From Candidatus Omnitrophota bacterium (GTDB lineage: Bacteria > Omnitrophota > Gorgyraeia > JABMRN01 > RBG-13-46-9): a stretch of 64,000 bases of DNA. The stretch spans positions 2,355 through 66,354 of the forward strand of contig JAUWBJ010000002.1 of assembly GCA_030605095.1 (NCBI GenBank). Reading direction: 5' to 3'. This document shows positions 44,760 through 53,875 of this stretch, piece after piece. The stretch's first letter is position 1; each line of letters begins with the position of its first letter. The notes beneath the pieces were generated by a model. It was not told the origin of the DNA and made no database searches. It saw nothing but the letters and a program-made list of their open reading frames with translations. The position numbers and the translations under genes were made by a program.

Positions 44760-45074
44760 ATGGACGTAAGTAAACTTTATATAGGCAACCTGGATTTTAA
44801 TACAACCGAAGACGAGATCAAGAGTCATTTCGAGCAAAAAGGGATACAGACCAAATCAATAACCCTGATAAAGGATAAATATACGGGTAGAGCAAAAGGT
44901 TTTGGTTTTGTTGAAGTTGAATCCGAAGACGTGCTCCAGAAAGCGATTGAGGCCCTGGATGGCCAAGAGCTTAACGGACGCAAGCTAACCGTAAACAAAG
45001 CAAGGCCACCGAGAGAAAGATCCGGCGGATCAGGCTTTGGCGGCGGCGGCGGCGGAAGACACTCAAGATTCTAA
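44760..45074 (+). CDS. RRM-type RNA-binding protein with Gly-rich tail
   Basis: RNP2 LYIGNL and RNP1 KGFGFVEV motifs. Confidence 0.85.
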   Translation: MDVSKLYIGNLDFNTTEDEIKSHFEQKGIQTKSITLIKDKYTGRAKGFGFVEVESEDVLQKAIEALDGQELNGRKLTVNKARPPRERSGGSGFGGGGGGRHSRF

Positions 45075-45094
45075 CGCATAAAATAGCCGAGGTT

Positions 45095-45152
45095 TAAACC
45101 TCGGCTATAATAATAAAAAAGGTGGGTGAAATACCCGCCTTTTTTATGTCGC
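45095..45152. terminator. Bidirectional terminator region: perfect palindrome ATAGCCGAGGTTTAAACCTCGGCTAT plus a GGTGGGT/ACCCGCC hairpin with flanking A/T runs
   Basis: Two hairpins between the convergent RRM gene (+) and the DUF481-like gene (-). The second is followed by TTTTTT. Confidence 0.5.
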
Positions 45153-45250
45153 GAAGCGGCCGTTCGACAGGCTCAGGGCCGTCCTGCGAAGTCCCGAGCG
45201 GAGCGAGGGGAGCGAGGTCAAAGGACGACACCCATGTAAAGAGGATGGAA

Positions 45251-46171
45251 TTAGAAAGAATACATAAGCGATGAAATAAAATATAAATCGTTTTTGTCAG
45301 TATCGTTAGGGGGACTCGAATTATATTCATCAATAAAGCCTAAACGAAGTGATAATATTTTATTGAGAGATACGGTAAACGCCGTTTCTGAACGTATTCT
45401 GTAAGATCCTGAATTGATTAATGTAGGATAGAAATATAAATCCTCCGAAAATGTTGCGTTCTTGAATATGGTCTGTTCGTAAAATAGTCTCGGTATCAGG
45501 ACCATCTTACTCGTATTTTTTGTCTCGTCCCTATAATCCGTATGTTCCAAACCTACAGCGATTTCGGTTATAAGTTTAGTTTTAGGTAAACCAAAAAACC
45601 AATACCCCAATCCTGTTGCGGGGATAAACCTGTAATCCACGTTGGCAAATCTGTCATGGTCGGCTTCTAACCTATAAAAATGATACCATGCCTTTCTTGG
45701 ACCAAGGCTAAACGCATAACGACCCATTCCATACCATTTCTGTGCATCCATTTTTTTATTCGACGATGAGTAGAGTATGTCTCCTTTAAAAGTCCACTCA
45801 TCAATATGTTTATTGTTTCTGTTAAGAAAGGCACTTAGAGAGAATTGTTCGGTTCTAGCATTACCCCTAGTCGCATTATAACCGACCGATATTTCCCTTT
45901 TCCACTGTATAGCTTTTTCTTCTTTGCTAATAGCTTCTCGAATATTTTTATCTGTAAGAATCTTATTTACAAATTTCTTATTCACAGTTATCGAACCCAT
46001 TGCTGCAGTTTCTATTAGTATACTATTTTCATCTTGTTTTATTATTTTTCCACTTAATCTATCTCCGTTCTTGAGATAAACTTCATCTGCATGAACATTT
46101 TGTAATGTTGGCAATAAAAATAAGACTAGTGTTGTAACTATAATTGTAAATTGAGCAAAATATTTTTTCAT
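45251..46171 (-). CDS. Outer-membrane beta-barrel protein (DUF481/YdiY-like)
   Basis: Signal peptide, alternating amphipathic beta-strand pattern, C-terminal aromatic (…LMYSF). Confidence 0.5.
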   Translation of the reverse strand: MKKYFAQFTIIVTTLVLFLLPTLQNVHADEVYLKNGDRLSGKIIKQDENSILIETAAMGSITVNKKFVNKILTDKNIREAISKEEKAIQWKREISVGYNATRGNARTEQFSLSAFLNRNNKHIDEWTFKGDILYSSSNKKMDAQKWYGMGRYAFSLGPRKAWYHFYRLEADHDRFANVDYRFIPATGLGYWFFGLPKTKLITEIAVGLEHTDYRDETKNTSKMVLIPRLFYEQTIFKNATFSEDLYFYPTLINSGSYRIRSETAFTVSLNKILSLRLGFIDEYNSSPPNDTDKNDLYFISSLMYSF

Positions 46172-46209
46172 ATTTAAGTATGCCTACTGTATCTTTCAAA
46201 CATTCCCTA

Positions 46210-47472
46210 TCAAGACTGGCGGTGGTGTTGGCGGTAGTGTTGGCGGTGTCTATGCCCGTGGAATCTCGAGTGTCTTCTTCGTCTTCCTTGGTACGGTTTT
46301 TGGCTCTGGTGATATTTTGATTCTTCAATAAATTTTTCTTTTGGAAATTCAGGGTGTTCTACTATCGGCAAGGCAGTCTTAATAAGTTTTTCAATGCTTC
46401 TGACATCCTTGCCCTGCTCAGGTGTCGCAAAAGATATAGCACGGCCTTCGTGCCCCGCGCGGCCTGTGCGGCCAATACGATGCACATAATGCTCAGTGTC
46501 ATCCGGGAGATCATAGTTTATAACAAGCTCTATGCCTGTAACATCAATGCCCCTGGCAGCAATATCAGTGGCAACAAGTATCTTATACTTTCCTGATTTA
46601 AAACCATCCAGGGCCTCTTTTCTCTGGGCAAGTGAACGGTTTGAGTGAATCTCAGCAGCTCTGTAGTTCATTCGCTGTAAGCCGCGTGCAGTCTTTTTAG
46701 CGCCCATTTTTGTCCGGGTGAAGATAAGTACCGGACCGTGATAGCGGTCAAGCAGCTTTATTAAAAGCTGACGCTTTGAGCTTTGCTTAACAATAAAGAC
46801 TTCCTGTATAATGCGCTCCGCAGTAGTTCCTGAGGGAGCGACTTCAACATGTACAGGGAGCTTCATGTGCGCGGCTGCCATTCTCACGATTTCTCCTGGT
46901 ATAGTTGCGGAAAAAAGCATGGTCTGTCTGCTTCGTGGAACAAATTTAATAATTCTTTCAATCTGCGGCAGAAATCCCATGTCAAGCATACGATCCGCCT
47001 CATCCAAAACCAGGACATTTACATCAGCCAAAAGAACTGTGCGTCGCTCCATGTGATCGACAAGACGTCCGGGAGTAGCAACCAGAACACGCGGGTTTTT
47101 TCTTAATGCTTTTAGCTGCAGATGCATGGATGCACCGCCTATAATAACAACTGTCTTTATGCCAAACGGCTGGGCAATCTTCTGAAACACCTCATTAACC
47201 TGAGTAGCAAGCTCCCTGGTAGGTACAAGAATCAGCGCGCGGCCCTTTCTCTGGGAAAGGCGCTGGATAATAGGAATGGTAAAGGCAAGTGTCTTGCCAG
47301 TGCCGGTCTGCGCAACTCCTATAATATCTTTGTCTTCTATGGCAATGGGTATGGTTTTATGTTGAATCGGCGTAGGAACCGTAAACTTCATTCGATCCAG
47401 TATGTCCAGTATTCTCGGGGCAATCCCAAGGCCGTAAAAAGAAATGTTTGTCTGGCGTTGAATTTGTGTCAT
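46210..47472 (-). CDS. DEAD-box ATP-dependent RNA helicase
   Basis: Q-motif, AQTGTGKT, DEAD (VLDEADRML), SAT, HRIGRTGRAG, plus an Arg/His-rich C-terminal tail. Confidence 0.9.
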   Translation of the reverse strand: MTQIQRQTNISFYGLGIAPRILDILDRMKFTVPTPIQHKTIPIAIEDKDIIGVAQTGTGKTLAFTIPIIQRLSQRKGRALILVPTRELATQVNEVFQKIAQPFGIKTVVIIGGASMHLQLKALRKNPRVLVATPGRLVDHMERRTVLLADVNVLVLDEADRMLDMGFLPQIERIIKFVPRSRQTMLFSATIPGEIVRMAAAHMKLPVHVEVAPSGTTAERIIQEVFIVKQSSKRQLLIKLLDRYHGPVLIFTRTKMGAKKTARGLQRMNYRAAEIHSNRSLAQRKEALDGFKSGKYKILVATDIAARGIDVTGIELVINYDLPDDTEHYVHRIGRTGRAGHEGRAISFATPEQGKDVRSIEKLIKTALPIVEHPEFPKEKFIEESKYHQSQKPYQGRRRRHSRFHGHRHRQHYRQHHRQS

Positions 47473-47606
47473 TATAGTTCATAATAACACTATTGGATGG
47501 CATTGTATACAACTATTATTTTCTTATGATGGGCGCAAGAAGTGTTTGAAATTTATCTATGTTTGTAACTATATGTAAAATAAGCAGTTAGGTAAGTCAA
47601 AAATTA

Positions 47607-47690
47607 ATGGCGGAGAGGCAGGGACAAGCCCCCGTTCCTATTCAAAACTGCCCTTTTAACAGCAATTTTAACACCAGATTTCACTTGTTG
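47607..47690 (-). repeat. Upstream-element repeat (family 2), second copy
   Basis: Homologous to 33703-33790. Lies about 130 nt upstream of the DEAD-box helicase start. Confidence 0.4.
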
Positions 47691-48370
47691 TGCTCCAATA
47701 GCTCTATTATCTCATCTTCCTCGATAGCCCTAAGATTCTCTATTACCTTCTTACGCCATTGTCTGTGTATTTTATTGAAAATACTATTTATTTCATCTTG
47801 GTAATTATGTCGCAATAGTTCTCGAAATACTCGCAGTGCACCTTCGATATCTCTATCATGTTTATCTATTTTTCTCCTTCGTTTGAATATGATGAATTTA
47901 TGTAATGCATATGCGGCAGGATGGGGCAATCTTATATGTAATCTTTCCGCATTAACGGATATAGTATTAGCGATGAGGAAATCTAAAAATCGTAACGGCT
48001 GCGCATTTATCGCAAGTTGTGGAATAGGATATGGTTTATCATGTCCGCGTCCTCTTTCTGGAACAAGAAACTCAATAGTTAAATCGGGATGTTCGAGTTT
48101 TATATAACCTTTAGAGCCTTTATATGTTTCAAGAAACCCTAAATCTTCTACTAGATTAAAAATATTGATTTCTTTATCAAACTTAAATGGTACGGGTATT
48201 AAAAAATCGATGTCTTTGGTTCTGATATATGTAGAATACTCTTTGGATTTGAAATAATATTTATAAAAATAGATAGTCCAACTGCCGATTAAAACAATGT
48301 GTCTAAGTATACCAACTTTCTCAAACCTATTTAAAACTTCTAGGCATATATTAAACGTCTTCTTTTCCAT
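47681..48370 (-). CDS. Minimal nucleotidyltransferase-fold protein (AbiEii/DUF1814-like), putative toxin
   Basis: NTase GS...D.D signature (LIGSWTIYF...RTKDIDFLI). Confidence 0.45.
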   Translation of the reverse strand: MEKKTFNICLEVLNRFEKVGILRHIVLIGSWTIYFYKYYFKSKEYSTYIRTKDIDFLIPVPFKFDKEINIFNLVEDLGFLETYKGSKGYIKLEHPDLTIEFLVPERGRGHDKPYPIPQLAINAQPLRFLDFLIANTISVNAERLHIRLPHPAAYALHKFIIFKRRRKIDKHDRDIEGALRVFRELLRHNYQDEINSIFNKIHRQWRKKVIENLRAIEEDEIIELLEHNK

Positions 48371-48671
48371 GCAATGACTTCCTTAGAAATTTTATTCTCT
48401 TGCTTAACTGGCGAATCATTTCTTTATACTTTGCTCTGAGTCGTTTTGATTTTTTGAATTCAGCAATAAATTCTTTTGATAATTTCTTACCTTTGTAAAC
48501 AAATTTAACACGTTTCCCGTCTCTATAAGCCAGATAATAATATTTATAACCTTTTATTTCTTTCTCTATTAGGCTACCACCCGGATATTTTTTAAGAGCC
48601 TTTTCGTAGTCCTTTTTTAACCTTATAGAATTCTCAAGCTCTTCCCTAAGAACCCCTTTAATAACACCCAT
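48351..48671 (-). CDS. Small basic protein upstream of and overlapping the NTase gene (putative antitoxin/partner)
   Basis: The start is probably the internal Met (MGVIKGV...); the longer tracked ORF would run into the operator array. 20-nt overlap with the NTase gene. Confidence 0.35.
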   Translation of the reverse strand: MGVIKGVLREELENSIRLKKDYEKALKKYPGGSLIEKEIKGYKYYYLAYRDGKRVKFVYKGKKLSKEFIAEFKKSKRLRAKYKEMIRQLSKRIKFLRKSLHGKEDV

Positions 48672-48688
48672 GACAATACTCCATTTTG

Positions 48689-48830
48689 TTACCAAACAAA
48701 TTACTAGATATAGTATACCTTGTTTGGCAACAAAAGTCAAGTAAAGTTACCAAACAAAATTGTAAAATGTAGGGTATTTGTTTGGTAACAAGTCTAAAAA
48801 ATTACCCAACAACATTGTTTGTTTTAGGTA
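48689..48830. promoter_or_regulatory. Array of at least four palindromic sites TTGTTTGG(T/C)AACAA (putative operator)
   Basis: gttaccaaacaaa and ttgtttgg[tc]aac occur at about 48692, 48721, 48746 and 48779, with a degenerate copy near 48815. Confidence 0.4.
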
Positions 48831-48843
48831 TTATTGGGTAATA

Positions 48844-48931
<88 letters not shown>

Positions 48932-48940
48932 AAAATCACG

Positions 48941-49026
48941 CGGAAGGAGCAGGATTCGAACCTGCGGTACTCGTTAAAGTACAGACGCTTTCGAGGCGTC
49001 CGGTTTAAACCACTCACCCATCCTTC
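48941..49026 (-). tRNA. tRNA-Ser(CGA)
   Basis: Anticodon stem GACGC/GCGUC, loop CUCGAAA, long variable arm. Confidence 0.8.
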
Positions 49027-49045
49027 CACAATTTATAAAGAACGT

Positions 49046-49525
49046 TTAAGAAGATTTTAACTTCATTATCCTGCTATTCGCAGGATCGAGTTTACATATT
49101 CTATTTTTTTTATGTTCTAAAACCTTTGGAGCGTTTACTACTTCCTCGAAGCCTCCTCTTTTAAGAAAAGCAGGTTTGTGACTAATGCTGTATATGGGTT
49201 TTTCGGGATTTTGTCTTTTTGCCTCTTCAGTCAGAAATAAAAGCATCTTTACGCCAATGCCTTTTCCTCGGTGGTAATAATCAACGCCTAAAGACGCTAT
49301 TTCAAAATATTCCTTATGGTCCTTTATTCTCCCGAATGCGACTGTTTTACCACTATTTTTTGCAACAAAAAATTGTTTCCAGTTCACGTCGGCGCTATCC
49401 AGAATATATTTTTTCAGTTTTTCTTGAATATAGGGCCAGTCTTTTTCTTTCGCTCTTTCTATTTTTATCTCTTCCATATACAATTCATATTCCGCACTTT
49501 TTTCGCCGAGACCAAATCCATTCAA
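49046..49525 (-). CDS. GNAT-family N-acetyltransferase
   Basis: Acetyl-CoA motif RGKGIG. The first 16 listed residues are encoded by a family-1 repeat; the real start is probably M17 (MEEIKI...). Confidence 0.75.
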   Translation of the reverse strand: MNGFGLGEKSAEYELYMEEIKIERAKEKDWPYIQEKLKKYILDSADVNWKQFFVAKNSGKTVAFGRIKDHKEYFEIASLGVDYYHRGKGIGVKMLLFLTEEAKRQNPEKPIYSISHKPAFLKRGGFEEVVNAPKVLEHKKNRICKLDPANSRIMKLKSS

Positions 49526-49530
49526 GAATA

Positions 49531-49712
49531 GTATTGTCTACTCCCCCTTCCTATTAGGAAGGGACACAGGCCGCCGCAGGCGGCCGTCATAAGGGAAACC
49601 TTGGGTTTCCCTTTGAAATGATTTGGCGTCAGCCTCAGCCGAAGGCTGAGGTTTCTGCCGAAAAAAGAGAATCCCACACTTTTTTCAGCAGAAACCAAAT
49701 CAGTACAAGAGC
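49531..49712 (-). repeat. Structured repeat of about 180 nt (includes the family-1 hairpin), copy 1; candidate ncRNA/leader
   Basis: About 85% identical to 53700-53875 with compensatory stem changes. It lies between tRNA-Ser(UGA) and the GNAT gene. Confidence 0.5.
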
Positions 49713-49799
49713 GGAGAGGGTGGGATTCGAACCCACGTGACTCGTGAGAGTCAAACGGTTTTCAAGACCGCCCGGTTATAGCCACTTCCGTACCTCTCC
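49713..49799 (-). tRNA. tRNA-Ser(UGA)
   Basis: Anticodon loop CUUGAAA, long variable arm, GGUUCGAAUCC. Confidence 0.8.
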
Positions 49800-49804
49800 C
49801 TCCT

Positions 49805-50467
49805 TTAAGTAAGTAACCCACTAAAAATATTTGAATAAATATCTTTTGAATAAATAAATGTCTTTTTTGCAAAAGCTACAAAAGATATATCCTTGGAGAT
49901 AAAACTCAAAGCTAAAAACGCAATAGAGATATTTGCTACATATATAAGAAGAACGGAAAATAGATACCCTGTTCTCAAGATATCGGGCTGTCGCCTTTTC
50001 ATTACTTCTACAGTCATAATAAGATGGAAACTAATCGCAAATCCTATTAAGAAAATAAACTCATTAGAAAATTTCGACATATTATAAAATCTGGACAGAA
50101 TCCAGTATAATAAAAACAAGAGCATTGCGTGAATCGGCACGAAATAAGGGCTTAACCTGATAAACAAATTGGTTTTTGTCGCCGCAACAGTCCCGCCCTC
50201 ATGCGAGATCTGAAAAGATGTTACTTTGCCGCCGCAAAGCCATATTGCTAGTACATGAACTACCTCATGGCCCCACGCGTAGATATACATGGGTTTTAAA
50301 AAAATTATATGGAAAATCGGATAGACAAAAAATCCGCCTACAAGCCAAAGGAAATTAACATTGACGAAATCCAAATGTCGCAGGCCTTGAAGGAATGCCT
50401 TTGTCGACGATATGACAACGGGGATAAAAAAAATGGCGATAAGTACTTTGAAAATCTTGCCAAACAT
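49805..50467 (-). CDS. Membrane protein with HExxH motif (putative zinc metalloprotease)
   Basis: WGHEVVHVLA within a 6-TM protein. Confidence 0.4.
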   Translation of the reverse strand: MFGKIFKVLIAIFFIPVVISSTKAFLQGLRHLDFVNVNFLWLVGGFFVYPIFHIIFLKPMYIYAWGHEVVHVLAIWLCGGKVTSFQISHEGGTVAATKTNLFIRLSPYFVPIHAMLLFLLYWILSRFYNMSKFSNEFIFLIGFAISFHLIMTVEVMKRRQPDILRTGYLFSVLLIYVANISIAFLALSFISKDISFVAFAKKTFIYSKDIYSNIFSGLLT

Positions 50468-50470
50468 ATT

Positions 50471-51748
50471 TTATGCAGGTTTTATCACTTTAAGCCTGTC
50501 TAAATAAAAACGTAACGGTCTCGGAATGTTTACGCTGCCGTCCTTATTCTGGTGAATCTCTAAAATAGCGATTACAAGCCGCGCTAAAGCAACGCCTGAA
50601 CCATTTAGCGTATGAATATATTGTAGCTTCTTCGATTCTTTAGACTTAAATTTTATGTTTATCCTGCGAGCCTGAAAATCCGTAAAGTTGGAACAACTCG
50701 ATACCTCAAGCCATTTTTTTATGCCCGGAGCCCAGAGTTCTATATCGTAACACTTGCTTGCCGCAAAACTCAAGTCACCCGTAGAAAGCGCGACAACCCT
50801 GTAAGGCAATTCCAGCGCCCGAATTACCTCTTCGGCATCATTTAAGAGTTTTTCAAGTTCGTCATAAGAGGTTTCGGGTTTTACAAATTTGACCAGTTCA
50901 ACCTTATCGAACTGGTGAACCCTCGTAAGGCCTTTTGTGTCTTTTCCGTATGAACCGGCTTCCCGCCTGAAACATGCCGTATACGCCGTATAACAGATGG
51001 GCAGGCGCTCTTCTTCTAAAACTTCATTTGCGTGAATATTCGTAACAGGAACCTCTGCTGTCGGAACTAAAAAGAGGTCCTCGTCTTTTAATCTATACAT
51101 ATCCTCCTCTAATTTTGGAAGCTGTCCTGTTCCGGTCATGCTTCTTCGGTTTACCAAGAACGGAGGAAATACCTCTGTATAACCGTGCTTTTTTGTATGT
51201 AAATCCAGCATAAAATTGAATAGGGCCCGTTCGAGCCGCGCGCCTAATCCTTTATATAAGACAAAGCCGGTTCCTGCGATTTTTGCGGCTCTTCCAAAGT
51301 CGAAAATATCCAAAATCTCGCCGATTTCCATATGTGTTCTTGGCTCAAACTTAAATTTCGGCAATTTACCACATTCTTTAACCACTTTATTTGACTCCGG
51401 GCCAAGCCCTACAGGAATAGATTTATGGGGTATATTTGGGATATTATATATAAAATCCTTGAATTTTTGCTCTATTCCCTCCACTTTAGCTTCAATTTCG
51501 CCTATTTTTTGGGATACGCCCTTCATAGAGCTGATTAACTCCTTTGGATTCTTCTTTTCCCGCATCATCTTACCGATTTTATCGGAAACTTCGTTCTTCT
51601 GACGCTTTAAGCTTTCCACTTCCGTAAGAAGTTTGCGCCTTTCTTTGTCTATTTTCAAGAATTCGTCAATATCTACCTTTTCACCCTTATCCCTTGCGGC
51701 TTTCTTTACTACTTCCGGATTCTCCCGTATAAACTTTATATCAAGCAT
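50471..51748 (-). CDS. serS: Seryl-tRNA synthetase
   Basis: N-terminal coiled coil and class II motifs (…FRREAGS…; GSGVALARL). Confidence 0.9.
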   Translation of the reverse strand: MLDIKFIRENPEVVKKAARDKGEKVDIDEFLKIDKERRKLLTEVESLKRQKNEVSDKIGKMMREKKNPKELISSMKGVSQKIGEIEAKVEGIEQKFKDFIYNIPNIPHKSIPVGLGPESNKVVKECGKLPKFKFEPRTHMEIGEILDIFDFGRAAKIAGTGFVLYKGLGARLERALFNFMLDLHTKKHGYTEVFPPFLVNRRSMTGTGQLPKLEEDMYRLKDEDLFLVPTAEVPVTNIHANEVLEEERLPICYTAYTACFRREAGSYGKDTKGLTRVHQFDKVELVKFVKPETSYDELEKLLNDAEEVIRALELPYRVVALSTGDLSFAASKCYDIELWAPGIKKWLEVSSCSNFTDFQARRINIKFKSKESKKLQYIHTLNGSGVALARLVIAILEIHQNKDGSVNIPRPLRFYLDRLKVIKPA

Positions 51749-51757
51749 AACTTCCCC

Positions 51758-53224
51758 TCACCCTTTTAACACGCAAAGTGGTCGCATACGAGCTACCCGC
51801 TTCGATATACCTGCTTCATGAACGACATGAACAACTTCAGTTACATTCTTATAAGCTTCCGGTGCCTCTTCGGCTAATGTGCCGCGGCCCGCAGCCATCA
51901 CTGATATTCCTTTCTCGGCAAGTTCCCCGGAAATAGACCTTCCCCGACACGCGGAGATAGCTGCTTTTCTTGACATAAGCCGGCCTGCACCGTGGCAGGT
52001 GCTAAAAAACGTTTCTTCGGCTTTCTGGGTTCCGACTAATAAAAACGAATGCCTTCCCATATCACCCGGTATTATAACGGGCTGGCCTATTTCTTTATAC
52101 TTTGACGGTAAATCAGGATGGCCTGGAGGGAAAGCGCGTGTCGCGCCTTTTCTGTGCACGCATAAAAGTTTTTCTTTTTCGTCAATGTTATATTTTTCAA
52201 ATTTTGCTATATTATGGGCGACATCGTAAATCAAGTCCATTCCTAAATCTTTAGAGCTCCTGTTAAAAAATTTCTCAAAAACCTCACGCACAAGATGCAT
52301 AAGGCACTGTCTATTATTCCAGGCATAGTTTGCCGCGCACTTCATCGCGCCAATGTAAGCTTGCCCTTCCGGCGACCTCACCGGAGCGCAGGCAAGTTGT
52401 CTATCAGGAACAGAAATTCCATATTTACTTAGCACGCCAATCATGCCCTTTGAATACTCATCGCATATCTGATGACCAAAACCGCGCGAACCGGAATGTA
52501 TCATTATTGTAATCTGGCCTTTTTCAATATTAAAAATTTCCGCACATTTTTCGTCATAGATTTCGTCTACAAGCTGAATTTCAATAAAATGATTTCCGCT
52601 TCCGAGCGTCCCTGATTGCTTTTTTCCTCTCTGATACGCTCTATCGGAAACCTTCGACGGATCTGCGCCTTGCATTTGTCCGTTTTCTTCGGTGCACTCC
52701 AGATCTTCTTTTGTACCAAATCCTTTACTGACAGCCCATTTTGCGCCGTTTGTTAATATTTTTCTCTCTTCATTAACGTCAACTCTGATTTTTCCTTCGG
52801 AGCCGAGACCGGCTGGGACGTGGTTGTAGAGGGCAGTGACTAAATCTTTAATTCGCGGCTTTATTTCTTTTTCAGTCAGGTTTGTTTTTACAAGCCGGAC
52901 GCCACAATTGATATCGTAACCCACGCCGCCTGGCGTAATTACGCCTCCATCTTCGATATCAGTTGCCACAACGCCGCCTATGGGTAGCCCATAACCCCAG
53001 TGAATGTCAGGCATTGCCAATGAATACTTTACAATTCCCGGAAAGTGCGCCGCATTCGCGACTTGTTGCGGCGCTCTGTCGCGTTCTATACTCTCAAGCA
53101 AATTCTTGTCAGCGTAAATTACGCCAGGCACTCGCATACCCGGCATATAGCTCTTAGGTATGCACCATCTGTAATCGTCTATTTTTTCTAACCGGCCCTG
53201 CCAGATTTGCATATTACACGTCAA
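51758..53224 (-). CDS. rtcB: RNA-splicing ligase RtcB
   Basis: GGVGYDINCG, HSGSRGFGHQ, CHGAGR motifs. Confidence 0.9.
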   Translation of the reverse strand: MTCNMQIWQGRLEKIDDYRWCIPKSYMPGMRVPGVIYADKNLLESIERDRAPQQVANAAHFPGIVKYSLAMPDIHWGYGLPIGGVVATDIEDGGVITPGGVGYDINCGVRLVKTNLTEKEIKPRIKDLVTALYNHVPAGLGSEGKIRVDVNEERKILTNGAKWAVSKGFGTKEDLECTEENGQMQGADPSKVSDRAYQRGKKQSGTLGSGNHFIEIQLVDEIYDEKCAEIFNIEKGQITIMIHSGSRGFGHQICDEYSKGMIGVLSKYGISVPDRQLACAPVRSPEGQAYIGAMKCAANYAWNNRQCLMHLVREVFEKFFNRSSKDLGMDLIYDVAHNIAKFEKYNIDEKEKLLCVHRKGATRAFPPGHPDLPSKYKEIGQPVIIPGDMGRHSFLLVGTQKAEETFFSTCHGAGRLMSRKAAISACRGRSISGELAEKGISVMAAGRGTLAEEAPEAYKNVTEVVHVVHEAGISKRVARMRPLCVLKG

Positions 53225-53630
53225 ATACTATATCTACGCTACACCCTTCGTCCGACTCTCTTATATTAAGGTCGTGGTATGTAGCCGCTTTTATCTCGGT
53301 TTTTAATCTGTTTCTGTTTTCTCCGATATGCCTGCCGTAGACTTTCACCATAAGTTGCTCTTCGCTTAAGAAACTGACCTCAAATTCAAAAAATATAATG
53401 CCTTTTGTGTAGAAATTATAGAGTAGCTCGTCCAGCCAGGAAACTAAAAGCTCCTCTTTCGAAGGAGCTTTTAAATTTACGTCTATGGATACGGAACTTT
53501 TTAAGCCTTCAAGGTCGGCTATGATATCGAACATTCCATAAGCTGCGTTAATAAAAAGTTCCTTTAAATCCTTGCCGTATACTCTAATTGCTATGTCCGC
53601 CGTGTGCGGAATCTGTTCATACCGCTTCAT
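53214..53630 (-). CDS. Archease (RtcB activator)
   Basis: EQIPHTADIAIRVYG N-terminal signature. Overlaps rtcB by 11 bp. Confidence 0.8.
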   Translation of the reverse strand: MKRYEQIPHTADIAIRVYGKDLKELFINAAYGMFDIIADLEGLKSSVSIDVNLKAPSKEELLVSWLDELLYNFYTKGIIFFEFEVSFLSEEQLMVKVYGRHIGENRNRLKTEIKAATYHDLNIRESDEGCSVDIVFDV

Positions 53631-53699
53631 ATTTTTCCTCTAATGGGAAAAAGATTGTTAAGAAAAAACCGTAGGTTTTGTCTTAACTCTAGATTGCGT

Positions 53700-53875
53700 T
53701 ATTCTACTCCCCTTCCTATTAGGAGGGGGTACAGCGAGCGAAGCGAGCGTCATAGGGGGGAACCTGGGTTCCCCTTTGAAATGATTTGGCGTCAGCCTCA
53801 GCCGAAGGCTGAGGTTCCTATTGAAAAAAGAGAATCCCGCACTTTTTTCGGCAGGAACCAAATCAGTATAAGAAG
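53700..53875 (-). repeat. Structured repeat of about 180 nt, copy 2 (immediately 3' of tRNA-Lys)
   Basis: Shares ctttgaaatgatttggcgtcagcctcagccgaaggctgaggtt and the family-1 hairpin with copy 1. Differs by paired substitutions in the stems. Confidence 0.5.
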
